Assembly: GCA_002332755.1 (NCBI GenBank)
Contig: DDBO01000035.1
Location: 1-48,331, forward strand
Length of the DNA: 48,331 nucleotides
DNA from: Bacteroidales bacterium UBA2030
GTDB lineage: Bacteria; Bacteroidota; Bacteroidia; Bacteroidales; TTA-H9
Direction of reading: 5' to 3'
The notes below the pieces were generated by a model. That model did no database searches and was not told where the DNA came from. It saw only the letters and a list, made by a program, of their open reading frames with translations. The position numbers and the translations under genes are program-made. This document shows, piece by piece, positions 36,739-47,184 of this stretch (position 1 is the first letter of the stretch; each line of letters starts with the position of its first letter).

Positions 36739-37662
36739 ATGGTTATCCTCAACAGGGTTTCAAAAACCTTTGGGAAAATAAAGGCACTGGATGAAGTAAC
36801 TTTTCAGGTGAATGAGGGAGAACTCTTCGGAGTCATTGGGCCTGATGGAGCAGGAAAAACGACTCTTTTCAGAATTCTGGCAACATTGCTGCTACCCACC
36901 GAAGGCCATGCCACAATAAAAAAACACGACGTGGTGCAAGATTTTGGAGTTCTAAGAAAAATCACAGGTTACATGCCTGGGCAGTTCTCGCTGTATCCAG
37001 ACCTTACCGTTGAAGAAAATCTTGAATTTTATGCACGTGTATTCCGCACTCGTGTTGAAGATAACTATTCGCTTATCCGCGATATTTTTACCTATCTGGA
37101 GCCATTTCGAAAACGCAGGGCTGGCAATCTATCCGGAGGGATGAAGCAAAAACTGGCACTTTCATGTGCACTAATCCATCGGCCTGAGATTCTCCTTTTA
37201 GATGAACCGACCACCGGTGTAGATCCGGTTTCGAGAGCCGAATTTTGGGGCTTGCTACATAACCTGCAAAAGCAAGGACTTACCATATTGGTTTCCACGC
37301 CATATATGGACGAAGCAGCCCATTGCAACAGGATTGCTCTTTTACGCCAAGGCCGGATATTAGGCGTAAACACACCCAAAGGTTTACAGGAAGAGTACAG
37401 CCTGCACCTCTGGGGACTTAAAGGTGAACGCCCTGCCCTGCTACTACCCTTGCTTCGCCAGCTTCCAGCTGAATTTAGAGTTTATGCTGCCGGACAGGAG
37501 GTTAGGGTGGCTTGTAGAGAAAGAAATGGGATTGAAAAAATTAAAGCTTTGCTCGAGACCTCGGAAAAATGGGACCATATTCAAATATCATTGGTACAAC
37601 CCGATGTTGAAGATTGTTTTATAGCCTTAATGCAAGAAAACAATGAATTACAATACAAATAA
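36739..37662 (+). CDS. ABC transporter ATP-binding protein
   Basis: Walker A GPDGAGKTT, signature LSGGMKQK, Walker B LLLDEPT. Confidence 0.9.
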   Translation: MVILNRVSKTFGKIKALDEVTFQVNEGELFGVIGPDGAGKTTLFRILATLLLPTEGHATIKKHDVVQDFGVLRKITGYMPGQFSLYPDLTVEENLEFYARVFRTRVEDNYSLIRDIFTYLEPFRKRRAGNLSGGMKQKLALSCALIHRPEILLLDEPTTGVDPVSRAEFWGLLHNLQKQGLTILVSTPYMDEAAHCNRIALLRQGRILGVNTPKGLQEEYSLHLWGLKGERPALLLPLLRQLPAEFRVYAAGQEVRVACRERNGIEKIKALLETSEKWDHIQISLVQPDVEDCFIALMQENNELQYK

Positions 37663-38395
37663 CCTGAGCATCAAGGTCGAAAATCTTGAACGACGTTTTG
37701 GAAATTTCACGGCCGTTAATAAAATCAGTTTTTCGGTCAGGAGGGGTGAGATATTCGGTTTACTTGGGGCCAACGGGGCAGGAAAAACCACGACGCTTCG
37801 AATGCTTTGCGGCCTACTCGCCCCAACCTCGGGAACGGCCCTGATTGACAACACTGATGTTGCCAGGCAACCCGAAAAGGTCAGATTCAAAATTGGTTAC
37901 ATGAGTCAACGGTTTTCACTCTACGAAGACCTTACAGTTTGGGAAAATTTCAGGTTTTATGGTGGCGTTTATGGCATGTCGGCCAAAGACATCAGAAAAA
38001 AATTCGAGGATTTATCTCAAAGGTTAAATTTTGGAGAACAGGCTGACAGATTAACACGAGACCTTCCGCTAGGGTGGAAGCAAAAATTGGCCTTTATGGT
38101 AGCTGCTTTTCACAATCCACCAGTAATATTTCTTGATGAACCTACCAGCGGAGTGGACCCAATGGTCAGGAGGCAGTTTTGGGATCTCATATACGAATCG
38201 GCCCTCGCGGGTACAACTATCATCGTAACTACCCATTACCTGGATGAAGCCATGTATTGCGACCGGCTGGCTATAATGGCCGAAGGTTCCATAAAGGCAT
38301 ACGGAACCCCGGCCGGCGTTTTGGATGAATTCAAGGCAGTGAATATGCAGGAAGTTTTTCTAAAAATAGCTGGAAAGGAGGCGCTTTTGCAATGA
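37643..38395 (+). CDS. ABC transporter ATP-binding protein (second ATPase)
   Basis: Walker A GANGAGKTT, a degenerate signature (LPLGWKQK), Walker B IFLDEPT. It overlaps the previous gene by 20 nt. Confidence 0.9.
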   Translation: MNYNTNNLSIKVENLERRFGNFTAVNKISFSVRRGEIFGLLGANGAGKTTTLRMLCGLLAPTSGTALIDNTDVARQPEKVRFKIGYMSQRFSLYEDLTVWENFRFYGGVYGMSAKDIRKKFEDLSQRLNFGEQADRLTRDLPLGWKQKLAFMVAAFHNPPVIFLDEPTSGVDPMVRRQFWDLIYESALAGTTIIVTTHYLDEAMYCDRLAIMAEGSIKAYGTPAGVLDEFKAVNMQEVFLKIAGKEALLQ

Positions 38396-39483
38396 AAGCC
38401 TTTATCATTAAAGAAATACGACACCTTCTGCGCGATCCACGCTCTTTACTCATTCTCATAGGAATGCCTGTAGCTCAGATCCTTATCTTTGGATATGCGA
38501 TAACCACCGACCTGAAAGAAACCGATATTGCTATCGTTCGTCAGACAAATGACCCTCTCAGCCAGCTTATCATTCAGCATTTGGATGCCTCGCAATGGTT
38601 CAGAATTAAAAAAATAGAAACCAACTCCTCAAGACTTGAAAATGACTTTCGGCGGGGTGAAATCCGTATGACAGTGGCACTTCCCGACAATATGGAAAAA
38701 CGCTTGATGCAGAGTAGCCCTTTAGAAATTCAACTCATTGGCGATGCCTCCGATCCCAACACCGCTAATCTTCTCGCGCAATATGCCAAAGGTATTATCC
38801 GAACCACAGTAGCCCAATCATTCCCAAGCCAGTATTCAGGAATACAAGTTACCTCCCGAATGCTTTACAACGAAGAAATTCGCAGTGTATTTATGTTTGT
38901 TCCGGGAACCATAGTTATCCTGCTGATGCTCCTTTCAGCCATAATGACCAGTATCAGCCTGACACGAGAAAAGGAATCAGGATCAATGGAAGTATTATTG
39001 GTATCTCCACTCCGTCCTTATGAAATCATTCTGGGCAAAGTAATTCCCTATATTGGCCTTTCATTTCTCAATGCGGCCATCATTTTGCTACTGGCTCGTT
39101 TTCTGTTTGGAATGCCCTTCAGGGGTAGCATGGCTCTACTGCTGGCAGAAACAGTGCTTTTCATTGCATTGGCGCTGAGTCTGGGCATATTCATTTCTAC
39201 GATTACCCTCACTCAACAAATGGCCATGCTGTTGTCGATGTTTGCATTAATGCTGCCTACCATTCTGCTTTCCGGCTTTATTTTTCCCATAGAAAATATG
39301 CCCCTTTGGCTACAATATTTATCCAATCTCATGCCTCCGCGCTGGTTTGTGGTCATCATTCGAGGGATTATGATCCGCGGCATAGGGTTGGAATATTTAT
39401 GGAAAGAGACACTTATTCTTGCAGGAATGACGCTGATTTTTATCCTGCTTAGTATTAAAAAATTCAAACTAAGGCTCGAATAA
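38392..39483 (+). CDS. ABC-2 type transporter permease (YbhS/YbhR-like)
   Basis: N-terminal TM, a large extracytoplasmic loop, then 5 C-terminal TMs with an EKESGSMEVLLVSP block. ATGA overlap with the ATPase gene. Confidence 0.85.
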   Translation: MKAFIIKEIRHLLRDPRSLLILIGMPVAQILIFGYAITTDLKETDIAIVRQTNDPLSQLIIQHLDASQWFRIKKIETNSSRLENDFRRGEIRMTVALPDNMEKRLMQSSPLEIQLIGDASDPNTANLLAQYAKGIIRTTVAQSFPSQYSGIQVTSRMLYNEEIRSVFMFVPGTIVILLMLLSAIMTSISLTREKESGSMEVLLVSPLRPYEIILGKVIPYIGLSFLNAAIILLLARFLFGMPFRGSMALLLAETVLFIALALSLGIFISTITLTQQMAMLLSMFALMLPTILLSGFIFPIENMPLWLQYLSNLMPPRWFVVIIRGIMIRGIGLEYLWKETLILAGMTLIFILLSIKKFKLRLE

Positions 39484-39485
39484 TT

Positions 39486-40595
39486 ATGAGAACTCTGTTC
39501 TATATCATACAAAAAGAATTTATTCAAATTTTTCGCGACCGCCTGATGCCCCGCATAATTATCGGAGTGCCTCTTTTGCAGATGCTGGTGCTTGCCTATG
39601 CAGCCACCTTCGAAGTGAAAGACACCCGGCTGGTGGTGGCCGATCTATCCCTGTCGGAAGATTCGCGTCAGTTAATTGCACATTTTGAAGGAAGTCGCTT
39701 TTTCAAGGTTGTAGCCGTATTTCCTGATTACAAAGAAGCCGAACATTTGTTGCTTAAGGGTAAAGCCCATCAAATCCTTGTGATACCTGCGGATTTTGCC
39801 GGAGCTTCGCATCGCGGAGAGGTTCCCAGAGTTCAGATATTAACCGATGCCGTCGATGCACTTGCGGCCGGAGTCAGAACCGGATATGCACTTCAGGTAA
39901 TTGAATCATTTGGGAAAAATATTAGTCCGAAAGTTACTTCCATACCCAACGATGGTTTGCAGTTTAAGGAGCTGTTTTGGTATAATCCATCGCTTAATTA
40001 TCAAACCTATATGGTTCCCGGTATATTGGCCCATCTGGTAACCATTTTGGGGATGTTTCTGTCAGCGCTCAATATTGTTAAAGAAAAAGAACGGGGCACC
40101 ATTGAACAGATAAATGTTACCCCAGTTAAAAAATATCAATTCATTGCAGGAAAATTGCTTCCCTTCTGGTTGCTTGCCCTGTTCGACCTGGCTTTTGGAC
40201 TTCTTCTGGCCAAATTTATTTTTCAATTGCCCATGTTAGGAAGCATACCCCTTCTATTCTTTACAGCCTCATTGTATCTTGTTGTGGTACTTTCTTTTGG
40301 ACTGATTATCAGCACACTTGCCGAAACTCAACAGCAGGCGATGTTCATTGCCTGGTTTTTTGCGATCGTTTTTCTAATGCTCAGCGGTCTTTTTACCCCA
40401 ATAGATAGCATGCCCATTTGGGCTAAAGTATTCAATTACTTTAATCCAGTGGCATATTTTATAAAGGCACTCAGAATGATACTTTTGAAGGGCAGTGGTA
40501 TAAAAGAACTCTGGAGCTTACTGTGCATCCTTGCCATCTACGCAATAGCCTCGCTCTCATTTGCAACAAGGTGGTATCGTAAGACAAGTTCATAA
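39486..40595 (+). CDS. ABC-2 type transporter permease (second)
   Basis: Same architecture, with an EKERGTIEQINVTP block. It starts 2 nt after the previous stop. Confidence 0.85.
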   Translation: MRTLFYIIQKEFIQIFRDRLMPRIIIGVPLLQMLVLAYAATFEVKDTRLVVADLSLSEDSRQLIAHFEGSRFFKVVAVFPDYKEAEHLLLKGKAHQILVIPADFAGASHRGEVPRVQILTDAVDALAAGVRTGYALQVIESFGKNISPKVTSIPNDGLQFKELFWYNPSLNYQTYMVPGILAHLVTILGMFLSALNIVKEKERGTIEQINVTPVKKYQFIAGKLLPFWLLALFDLAFGLLLAKFIFQLPMLGSIPLLFFTASLYLVVVLSFGLIISTLAETQQQAMFIAWFFAIVFLMLSGLFTPIDSMPIWAKVFNYFNPVAYFIKALRMILLKGSGIKELWSLLCILAIYAIASLSFATRWYRKTSS

Positions 40596-40599
40596 AACG

Positions 40600-40929
40600 C
40601 TAAGCCTTTTGAAGCCAATAGTAGGGTAAGGGTTTTTCGGTTTTCTGAAACCAAAACTGCGGAGTAATTATTTTACCCTGAGCATCTTTTAGGCGACGGC
40701 CATAAACTGCAACAACCGGATTGAAAAGGAGATCTTCAACTCCGACTTTATACGTTGGCTCCTGCCCTTCCCCTTTCGAGGTGAGCTCTTCAACCTGTAC
40801 TTTAAATCCATTTAATTCCAAAAGATTTTTCAGAAACTCGACCCTTTTGCTATCAATGCCGGTCTCTACAACCGAGCACCTCACTCCGTTAATGTCTTCA
40901 ACAATATGTTTGTAACTAAAAGTAGCCAT
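40600..40929 (-). CDS. hypothetical 109-aa protein appended to the nuo operon
   Basis: The ORF starts 5 nt after the nuoN stop. No TM segment and no motif I recognise. Confidence 0.5.
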   Translation of the reverse strand: MATFSYKHIVEDINGVRCSVVETGIDSKRVEFLKNLLELNGFKVQVEELTSKGEGQEPTYKVGVEDLLFNPVVAVYGRRLKDAQGKIITPQFWFQKTEKPLPYYWLQKA

Positions 40930-40934
40930 GATAA

Positions 40935-42359
40935 TTAAAATTTATCAACCATTGCCTGAATGTATTCGAACACCGGGCTAAGGATACCGGTAAGGAATAT
41001 ACCTATGACTGTAATAAATAAAGCTGATCGGAGATACTTGTCAGACCGAATGGTTGGCAAGGGTTCGGGATTAGGATTGATAAACATGGCTTTAACCACT
41101 AAAAGATAGTAGTACAATGCAATGGTTGTATTGACAACTGCTATAAATACCAGCCAGTAATATCCAGCTTTAGCCGCAGCCGTAAACAGAAAAAACTTGC
41201 TGAAGAACCCAGCCACAGGCGGAATCCCCGACAATGAAAACAAGGCCAACATCATTATAAGCGCGAGTCTGGGATTGGTCTTATAAAACCCATTGTAATC
41301 TTCTATATTCTCCTTACCGGAAGCAGCATAAACTGCCTGGGCCACGCCAAATGCAGCCAGATTGGAGAGGATATAAATCAATACAAAATAAATAATGACA
41401 ATTATACCCAAATTGTCAGTATGCAACAGGCCCAACAAAATGAAACCCGCCTGAGCAATAGAAGAAAAAGCAAGAAATCTCTTGATATTTTTCTGACGAA
41501 TGGCAAACAGATTTCCCAAAAACATAGTTGCTACAGCCAAAGTATAGATTACATTTTGCCACAAACCTTCGAAGACCGGAAAAACCTTAAATAGTAAAAT
41601 ACCCAGAACAAAGGCGACTGCCCCTTTGGAGATTACAGAGAAATAGGAAGTAACAACCATAGGTGAGCCTTCATAAACATCTGCCGTCCAAAAGTGAAAA
41701 GGTACCAGGCTAAGTTTGAATGCTAAGCCCGACAACAAAAACGTCAAAGCTAAGGCAACAAGAGGGGATGGCTGAGAGAGGGTTCGCGTGAGATCATCGA
41801 AATAGATTGAGCCCGCAGCAGCATAGAATAACGAAAGCCCAAACAAGAGGAAACCGGTAGAAAGAGCCGAATTGAGTAAAAACTTTATGCCAGCCTCTTC
41901 TGAGCGACTTTTGAACTTTTCATAAGCGGCTAATATCGCCATGGGAATAGATGCTATTTCCAATCCTATGTAGAACATTAGAAAATCGCCGGCCGAAATC
42001 ATAAAATACATCCCGCTTAGGGTTGTCAGCAATATCATCAAAAATTCGTTGCTTTTATTCGCAATTTGGGGCGTCTTGAGCCACGAAGCCGACATCAACA
42101 GTACCAGAAAAACGCCAATATTCAGTACGTTTTTCATCAGAATATGCACCGGTTGGGTTGAGTACATTCCACCAAACAGATTTCCCCCTTCAAAAGGGAA
42201 AAATCCTGCAAGGGTGTGTAGCCCAAAAAGTGCCAATGCGATTAGAAAAACTTTCTGTTTATTTTTTTCATTAACTACCAGGTCGAAGAAGAGTACCAAT
42301 AAAGCAATAACTACTAAACCAAGTTCCTGGCGCATTATGCTAATAATAGAGTATGTCAT
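40935..42359 (-). CDS. nuoN: NADH-quinone oxidoreductase subunit N
   Basis: 474-aa polytopic antiporter-like subunit in the last position of the nuo order. Confidence 0.9.
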   Translation of the reverse strand: MTYSIISIMRQELGLVVIALLVLFFDLVVNEKNKQKVFLIALALFGLHTLAGFFPFEGGNLFGGMYSTQPVHILMKNVLNIGVFLVLLMSASWLKTPQIANKSNEFLMILLTTLSGMYFMISAGDFLMFYIGLEIASIPMAILAAYEKFKSRSEEAGIKFLLNSALSTGFLLFGLSLFYAAAGSIYFDDLTRTLSQPSPLVALALTFLLSGLAFKLSLVPFHFWTADVYEGSPMVVTSYFSVISKGAVAFVLGILLFKVFPVFEGLWQNVIYTLAVATMFLGNLFAIRQKNIKRFLAFSSIAQAGFILLGLLHTDNLGIIVIIYFVLIYILSNLAAFGVAQAVYAASGKENIEDYNGFYKTNPRLALIMMLALFSLSGIPPVAGFFSKFFLFTAAAKAGYYWLVFIAVVNTTIALYYYLLVVKAMFINPNPEPLPTIRSDKYLRSALFITVIGIFLTGILSPVFEYIQAMVDKF

Positions 42360-42371
42360 AGAGTTTTAAGG

Positions 42372-43874
42372 CTAAAAATTAGACATTAAACGTTCAAGGG
42401 CAGGGGCAAGACTATTACCAATCAGCGTCTCAGTAACAAAATGCGGAAAAACACCGATAAGGGTAATAAACAGTAATAATGTTCCGACGGAGAGTTTTTC
42501 CCACCAGGAGGCATCGGTAAGATGAAGATGGTGTTCATCCTTTATAGGTCCCATCAGGAAAACGCCAACTACCCTGAGAATATAAACAGCAGTAATTACT
42601 ATTGAACTGGCAGCCAGCACAGTTACTACACGATGGAAAGTATCGGCATGGGTAAATGCTCCGAAAAACACCATCATTTCTGCCACAAAACCACTAAAGC
42701 CGGGTAAGCCCAACGAGGCCAGTCCACCAATAATGTAAGCAGCACCCAGCAGAGGCATTACTTTGAGCAAACCACCCATTTCATTAATCATACGGGTATG
42801 GGTTCGGCCGTAAATCATCCCAATTAAGGCAAAGAATAGAGCCGTCATAATGCCGTGCGAAATCATCTGAAGGATTGCACCGTCCATTGCCGAACGATTA
42901 AACATGAGTAATCCGAAAAGAATCAATGCACAATGGCTAACACTGGAATAAGCATTGATATATTTTAGGTCTTTTTGCATGATTGCTCCCAACGCACCAT
43001 ATACAATTCCGATTGTAGCAAGTATGAGAAAAAGAGAACCCTGATTATGTGCAGCTTCGGGCAGAAGGAACAAAGCGATACGAAACACTCCATAACTACC
43101 CAGCTTCATCAATACACCGGCATGAAGCATCGAAACCGCAGTGGGTGCCGAAGCATGACCATCGGGCGACCAGGTATGCAGAGGAAACAATGCCCCTAAA
43201 ATCCCAAAGCCAACGAACAAGAAAGGAAACAGAAAGTTTTGGACGTTTTCGGGGATTTTATGGCGAGAAATCTCCAAAAGATTCATGGTGAGCAGCCCAC
43301 CATCAGGGGCTGAATGGAAATAAATGCCCAACAGGCCAACAATAATAAGAGCAGAACCAGCCATAAGCATTAAGGTAAGCTTCATGGCCGAATATTCCTT
43401 GGGCCCTGTACCCCAAATACCAATCAACAAATACATCGGAATTACCGCCAACTCATAGAATACGAACATTGCGAACAAATCGATGGTAATAAAAAATCCG
43501 AAGACACCGGTTGCCAAAACAATGAGGGAAATAAAAAACTCACGATGCAGATTTTCCATTTGCCAAGAGGCGAATACCCCTGCAAAAATTACTATGGACG
43601 TCAGGGCGATAAGCGAGACACTGATTCCGTCGACTCCAAGCGTCAGATTAAAATTGAGACTGGGAAACCAGACCAAGTTTTTCACCATCACAAAGTCATC
43701 TGTAATTCCGGCTGCCCTGATTTTAAGGTACATAAGTATCAACGCAGCAGAAAGGAGAAGCTGCACACTCATCCCAATAGCAGCTATCCATCGGGTTTGT
43801 TTTATATCTTTCGAAAAAAGTATCGCTATTACAGTGAGCAACGGTACTATCACAAACAACAACAGAAAACTCAT
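42372..43874 (-). CDS. nuoM: NADH-quinone oxidoreductase subunit M
   Basis: 500-aa antiporter-like subunit (HTWSPDGHASAPTAVSMLHAGVLMKLG block). Confidence 0.9.
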   Translation of the reverse strand: MSFLLLFVIVPLLTVIAILFSKDIKQTRWIAAIGMSVQLLLSAALILMYLKIRAAGITDDFVMVKNLVWFPSLNFNLTLGVDGISVSLIALTSIVIFAGVFASWQMENLHREFFISLIVLATGVFGFFITIDLFAMFVFYELAVIPMYLLIGIWGTGPKEYSAMKLTLMLMAGSALIIVGLLGIYFHSAPDGGLLTMNLLEISRHKIPENVQNFLFPFLFVGFGILGALFPLHTWSPDGHASAPTAVSMLHAGVLMKLGSYGVFRIALFLLPEAAHNQGSLFLILATIGIVYGALGAIMQKDLKYINAYSSVSHCALILFGLLMFNRSAMDGAILQMISHGIMTALFFALIGMIYGRTHTRMINEMGGLLKVMPLLGAAYIIGGLASLGLPGFSGFVAEMMVFFGAFTHADTFHRVVTVLAASSIVITAVYILRVVGVFLMGPIKDEHHLHLTDASWWEKLSVGTLLLFITLIGVFPHFVTETLIGNSLAPALERLMSNF

Positions 43875-43888
43875 GACTATCTGTGTTT

Positions 43889-45814
43889 TTAGTTATTCAA
43901 TAAATAATAAACCAACAAAGCACTAATAACAAGCACGGCCGATACAAAGGCAAAGGCATATTTTTGCAATTGTCCTGACTGCAATCCTTTGATTTTGTGA
44001 CTGGTGGTTACTGTAACCCAACCAATGGCATTCATGGTTCCATCTACGATATGACGGTCGAACCATGCGATGGGTCGAGATATATAGGCAAAAATGATGT
44101 TTCGTGTGACGAACAGGTAAACCTCATCGATATAGAATTTGTTATATGCCCAACGGTAGAGTGTGCTGGCACTTGCAATAAGCCTTTGCGGCATATCTGA
44201 CGGTTTCTTGTATAACATCCAGGCCAGGGCTATACCTGTAAAGCTTACCAAAGTTGAAATCACTGCCATATCCAGATGCAGATGCGTGTGTAAGGGTTGT
44301 CCATCGGAACTGATAAATTGGCCGAAAGGAATATATCCGGTAAGAATCGATAGAAGTGCAAGAATTATCAATGGAATAAGCATTGCCTTGCCAGGGTCGT
44401 GGGGTTTGAGGTGATAGTGAGGTTCGGTATTCCAGAATACAAGAAAATAAAGCCTGAACATATAAAAAGCCGTAAGACCGGCCACCACCAACAGTGCATA
44501 ATAAACAAGGGGATTACTCTGATAAGCAGCAGTGATTATTTCATCTTTCGAGAAAAACCCGGAAAGACCGGGAAATCCTGCAATGGCCAAAGTAGCTATA
44601 AGGAATGTTATATGGGTTGTTTTCATGTATTTGCGCAGTCCACCCATTTCCCGGATGGAATTGGTATGCACTGCATGAATCACTGCACCGGCGCCAAGGA
44701 ATAATAAAGCTTTGAACATAGCATGAGTGAAAAGATGAAACATAGAAGCCATATATCCAAGTCCTTCTTCGCCTCCATAATGCGACACACCCAGGCCAGC
44801 CATCATATAACCAATTTGCGAAATGGTACTGAAAGCAAGCACTCTTTTAAAATCGATCTGGGTTACAGCAATTACAGCAGCAAAAAGCGAAGTAAAGGCT
44901 CCCACATAACCTACCAGTGCCAAAGCCTCCGGAGCCATAAGGGCATAGTTGGCAAACAAGCGTGCTACCAGATAAACTCCGGCCACTACCATTGTTGCAG
45001 CATGAATGAGGGCTGAAACGGGAGAAGGGCCTTCCATGGCATCGGGCAGCCAAATATGCAGGGGAAACATGGCCGATTTGCCGGCTCCTCCAATGAAAAT
45101 CAATATAAGGGCTAAAGCCGGAATACTAAGGCCAAACAACGCATATCCGCTTAGGTTAAAACTTTCGAAATTTTCAGGATTGGTAAGCGAAATAAAATCG
45201 AAAGTGCCAACGTGGAACGAAAGCAGCAAAATTCCTAACAGGAAGAACAAATCGGCAAAACGGGTTACTATAAAAGCTTTTTTACTTGCAGCAACCGCAC
45301 TCGGCTTTTCGTAATAAAATCCAATAAGTAAAAATGAGGATACACCCACTAATTCCCAAAAAATGTAAATCTGAAAAACATTAGTAGCCATCACCAGGCT
45401 CAGCATCGAAAAACTAAAAAGCTGCAAGAACGCGAAGAAGCGATTGAATCCCCTGTCGTCGTGCATATATCCAATGCTATAAATATGCACCATCAGCGAA
45501 ACAGTGGTAACTACTATCAGCATCATCACCGAAGCCTGGTCGATAAGAGTGCCCATGTGTACACTCAAATGATCGCCCAACTTCAACCACTCAAAATCGA
45601 ACCCGATAAATTTTGGATAAACTCCATTTACTGGGCCCATTTGAAAAAAATACTGCCACGCGGTGTATATTGAGACCACAAAAGTGAATCCAATAAACCC
45701 TGTTGCAAGGACAGCAGTGAGTTTTTTAGGGAAGCGATTGAAATTGAAGATTATAATCAAAAAACCCAGAAGTGGAACGAAAGGAATCAGAAAAGTATAT
45801 TCAAAAGCATTCAT
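43889..45814 (-). CDS. nuoL: NADH-quinone oxidoreductase subunit L
   Basis: 641 aa with a WLPDAMEGPSPVSALIHAATMVVAGVYL block and a long C-terminal extension. Confidence 0.9.
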   Translation of the reverse strand: MNAFEYTFLIPFVPLLGFLIIIFNFNRFPKKLTAVLATGFIGFTFVVSIYTAWQYFFQMGPVNGVYPKFIGFDFEWLKLGDHLSVHMGTLIDQASVMMLIVVTTVSLMVHIYSIGYMHDDRGFNRFFAFLQLFSFSMLSLVMATNVFQIYIFWELVGVSSFLLIGFYYEKPSAVAASKKAFIVTRFADLFFLLGILLLSFHVGTFDFISLTNPENFESFNLSGYALFGLSIPALALILIFIGGAGKSAMFPLHIWLPDAMEGPSPVSALIHAATMVVAGVYLVARLFANYALMAPEALALVGYVGAFTSLFAAVIAVTQIDFKRVLAFSTISQIGYMMAGLGVSHYGGEEGLGYMASMFHLFTHAMFKALLFLGAGAVIHAVHTNSIREMGGLRKYMKTTHITFLIATLAIAGFPGLSGFFSKDEIITAAYQSNPLVYYALLVVAGLTAFYMFRLYFLVFWNTEPHYHLKPHDPGKAMLIPLIILALLSILTGYIPFGQFISSDGQPLHTHLHLDMAVISTLVSFTGIALAWMLYKKPSDMPQRLIASASTLYRWAYNKFYIDEVYLFVTRNIIFAYISRPIAWFDRHIVDGTMNAIGWVTVTTSHKIKGLQSGQLQKYAFAFVSAVLVISALLVYYLLNN

Positions 45815-45824
45815 GGCCCAATTT

Positions 45825-46142
45825 TTAATATTTCATATTACTAACATCCTCAATATTAATAGACTTAAACCTCCTGTAAATTCCGATGATAATAGCAATG
45901 GCTACGGAAGCTTCGGCGGCAGCTATAACAACCACAAATAGGGCGAAAAACATTCCGTGCATATTCTCAGGATGCAGAAAATAGTTAAAAGCCACAAAAT
46001 TGATATTGACCGCATTAAGCATTAATTCCACCGACATAAGCATGGTAATAAGGTTGCGTCGGGTAAGAAAGCCGTAAACCCCGCTGAAAAACATCAGGGT
46101 GCTAACAATCAGAACGTCCTGTAGTGTAATATCCTGCCACAT
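45825..46142 (-). CDS. nuoK: NADH-quinone oxidoreductase subunit K
   Basis: 105 aa with 3 TM and an AAAEASVAIAII motif. Confidence 0.9.
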   Translation of the reverse strand: MWQDITLQDVLIVSTLMFFSGVYGFLTRRNLITMLMSVELMLNAVNINFVAFNYFLHPENMHGMFFALFVVVIAAAEASVAIAIIIGIYRRFKSINIEDVSNMKY

Positions 46143-46144
46143 GT

Positions 46145-46687
46145 TTATTCGTTGTTTGGGTTTTCTGTATCATGAGGTTCCTTCCGGGCAATTACAATAG
46201 CCCCTACTATAGCTGCAAGCAACAAAAGTGAAACCACTTCAAAAGGCAGTACAAAGCCATTGCGCTCGTAACTTAGAAGGGCAGTGCCAATGTTTTTTAC
46301 TGACGCATCAGGTAATGGGGCTTGAGTCGGGATAAAATCAGCGTTCAGCAAAACATATAGGGTAAATCCGGCTCCAATCAGGCTCACAAGAGCAGAGGCA
46401 ATCATTTTTCCCCATCCTATGGGTTCGAAGCGTTCTCCTACATGGCTGGTAAGAAGAATTGAAAAAATAATGAGCACAACAATACCTCCTGCATATAGCG
46501 TAATCTGCAGAGCTCCCATAAAAGCATAATTGAGAATAAAGTAGAAAGCTGCAGTGCCCAAAAGCACAAACAGAAGAAACGTAGCAGCCCGCAAAATACG
46601 CTTACTGGTTACCGTCAGTATACTGAAAATCACGATGATAGCCGAGAAAAAATAAAATACAGCCTGGTGAAATGTAATAGACATCAT
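46145..46687 (-). CDS. nuoJ: NADH-quinone oxidoreductase subunit J
   Basis: 180-aa membrane subunit in the conserved position between nuoI and nuoK. Confidence 0.85.
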   Translation of the reverse strand: MMSITFHQAVFYFFSAIIVIFSILTVTSKRILRAATFLLFVLLGTAAFYFILNYAFMGALQITLYAGGIVVLIIFSILLTSHVGERFEPIGWGKMIASALVSLIGAGFTLYVLLNADFIPTQAPLPDASVKNIGTALLSYERNGFVLPFEVVSLLLLAAIVGAIVIARKEPHDTENPNNE

Positions 46688-46689
46688 GA

Positions 46690-47175
46690 CTATTCTACCT
46701 CCTTCATTAAGGTTGAACCTTCTTTATTGAGAACCTTTGTCAGCTTGCTTCGGTCGTAAACCGCATGCTCAAACTCCTGCCCAAATGCCAGTGCATTAGA
46801 AGGGCAATTCTTTACGCAAAGCCCACAAAATGTGCACATACTTAAATGATAAATATGCTTATCAATTGCTTTCTTTTTCTTACCATCTTCGGTTATTATG
46901 GTCTTTGTAATAACCTCAATTGAACCGTTTGGGCAGCTTATTTCACAAATGCCACAACCGGTGCAGCGGTGCTCATTTTTTTCGTTGTGGGGCATAATTA
47001 CCTCGCCCTTAAAACGCTCAAACATTTGCAACTGAGCCCTGTTTTCGGGATACTTCTGGGTAACGATTTCACCGGGGCTGAAAAAGTAATGGTTTGTCAC
47101 CCGCATTCCTTTCAGCAATGACCGTATTCCCTGAAAAATTCCTCCGATATATTCCTTAAACGTCATCTTACGCAA
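46690..47175 (-). CDS. nuoI: NADH-quinone oxidoreductase subunit I (2x[4Fe-4S])
   Basis: Two ferredoxin motifs, CTGCGICEISCP and CTFCGLCVKNCP. Confidence 0.9.
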   Translation of the reverse strand: MRKMTFKEYIGGIFQGIRSLLKGMRVTNHYFFSPGEIVTQKYPENRAQLQMFERFKGEVIMPHNEKNEHRCTGCGICEISCPNGSIEVITKTIITEDGKKKKAIDKHIYHLSMCTFCGLCVKNCPSNALAFGQEFEHAVYDRSKLTKVLNKEGSTLMKEVE

Positions 47176-47184
47176 TATTTTAGG

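Noticed and set aside
42049-45941. Numerous plus-strand ORFs of 60-147 aa inside nuoL/M/N (for example 43483-43926 and 45006-45314)
   Set aside because: They are antisense shadows of long, well-supported membrane-protein genes, with low-complexity translations and no motifs.
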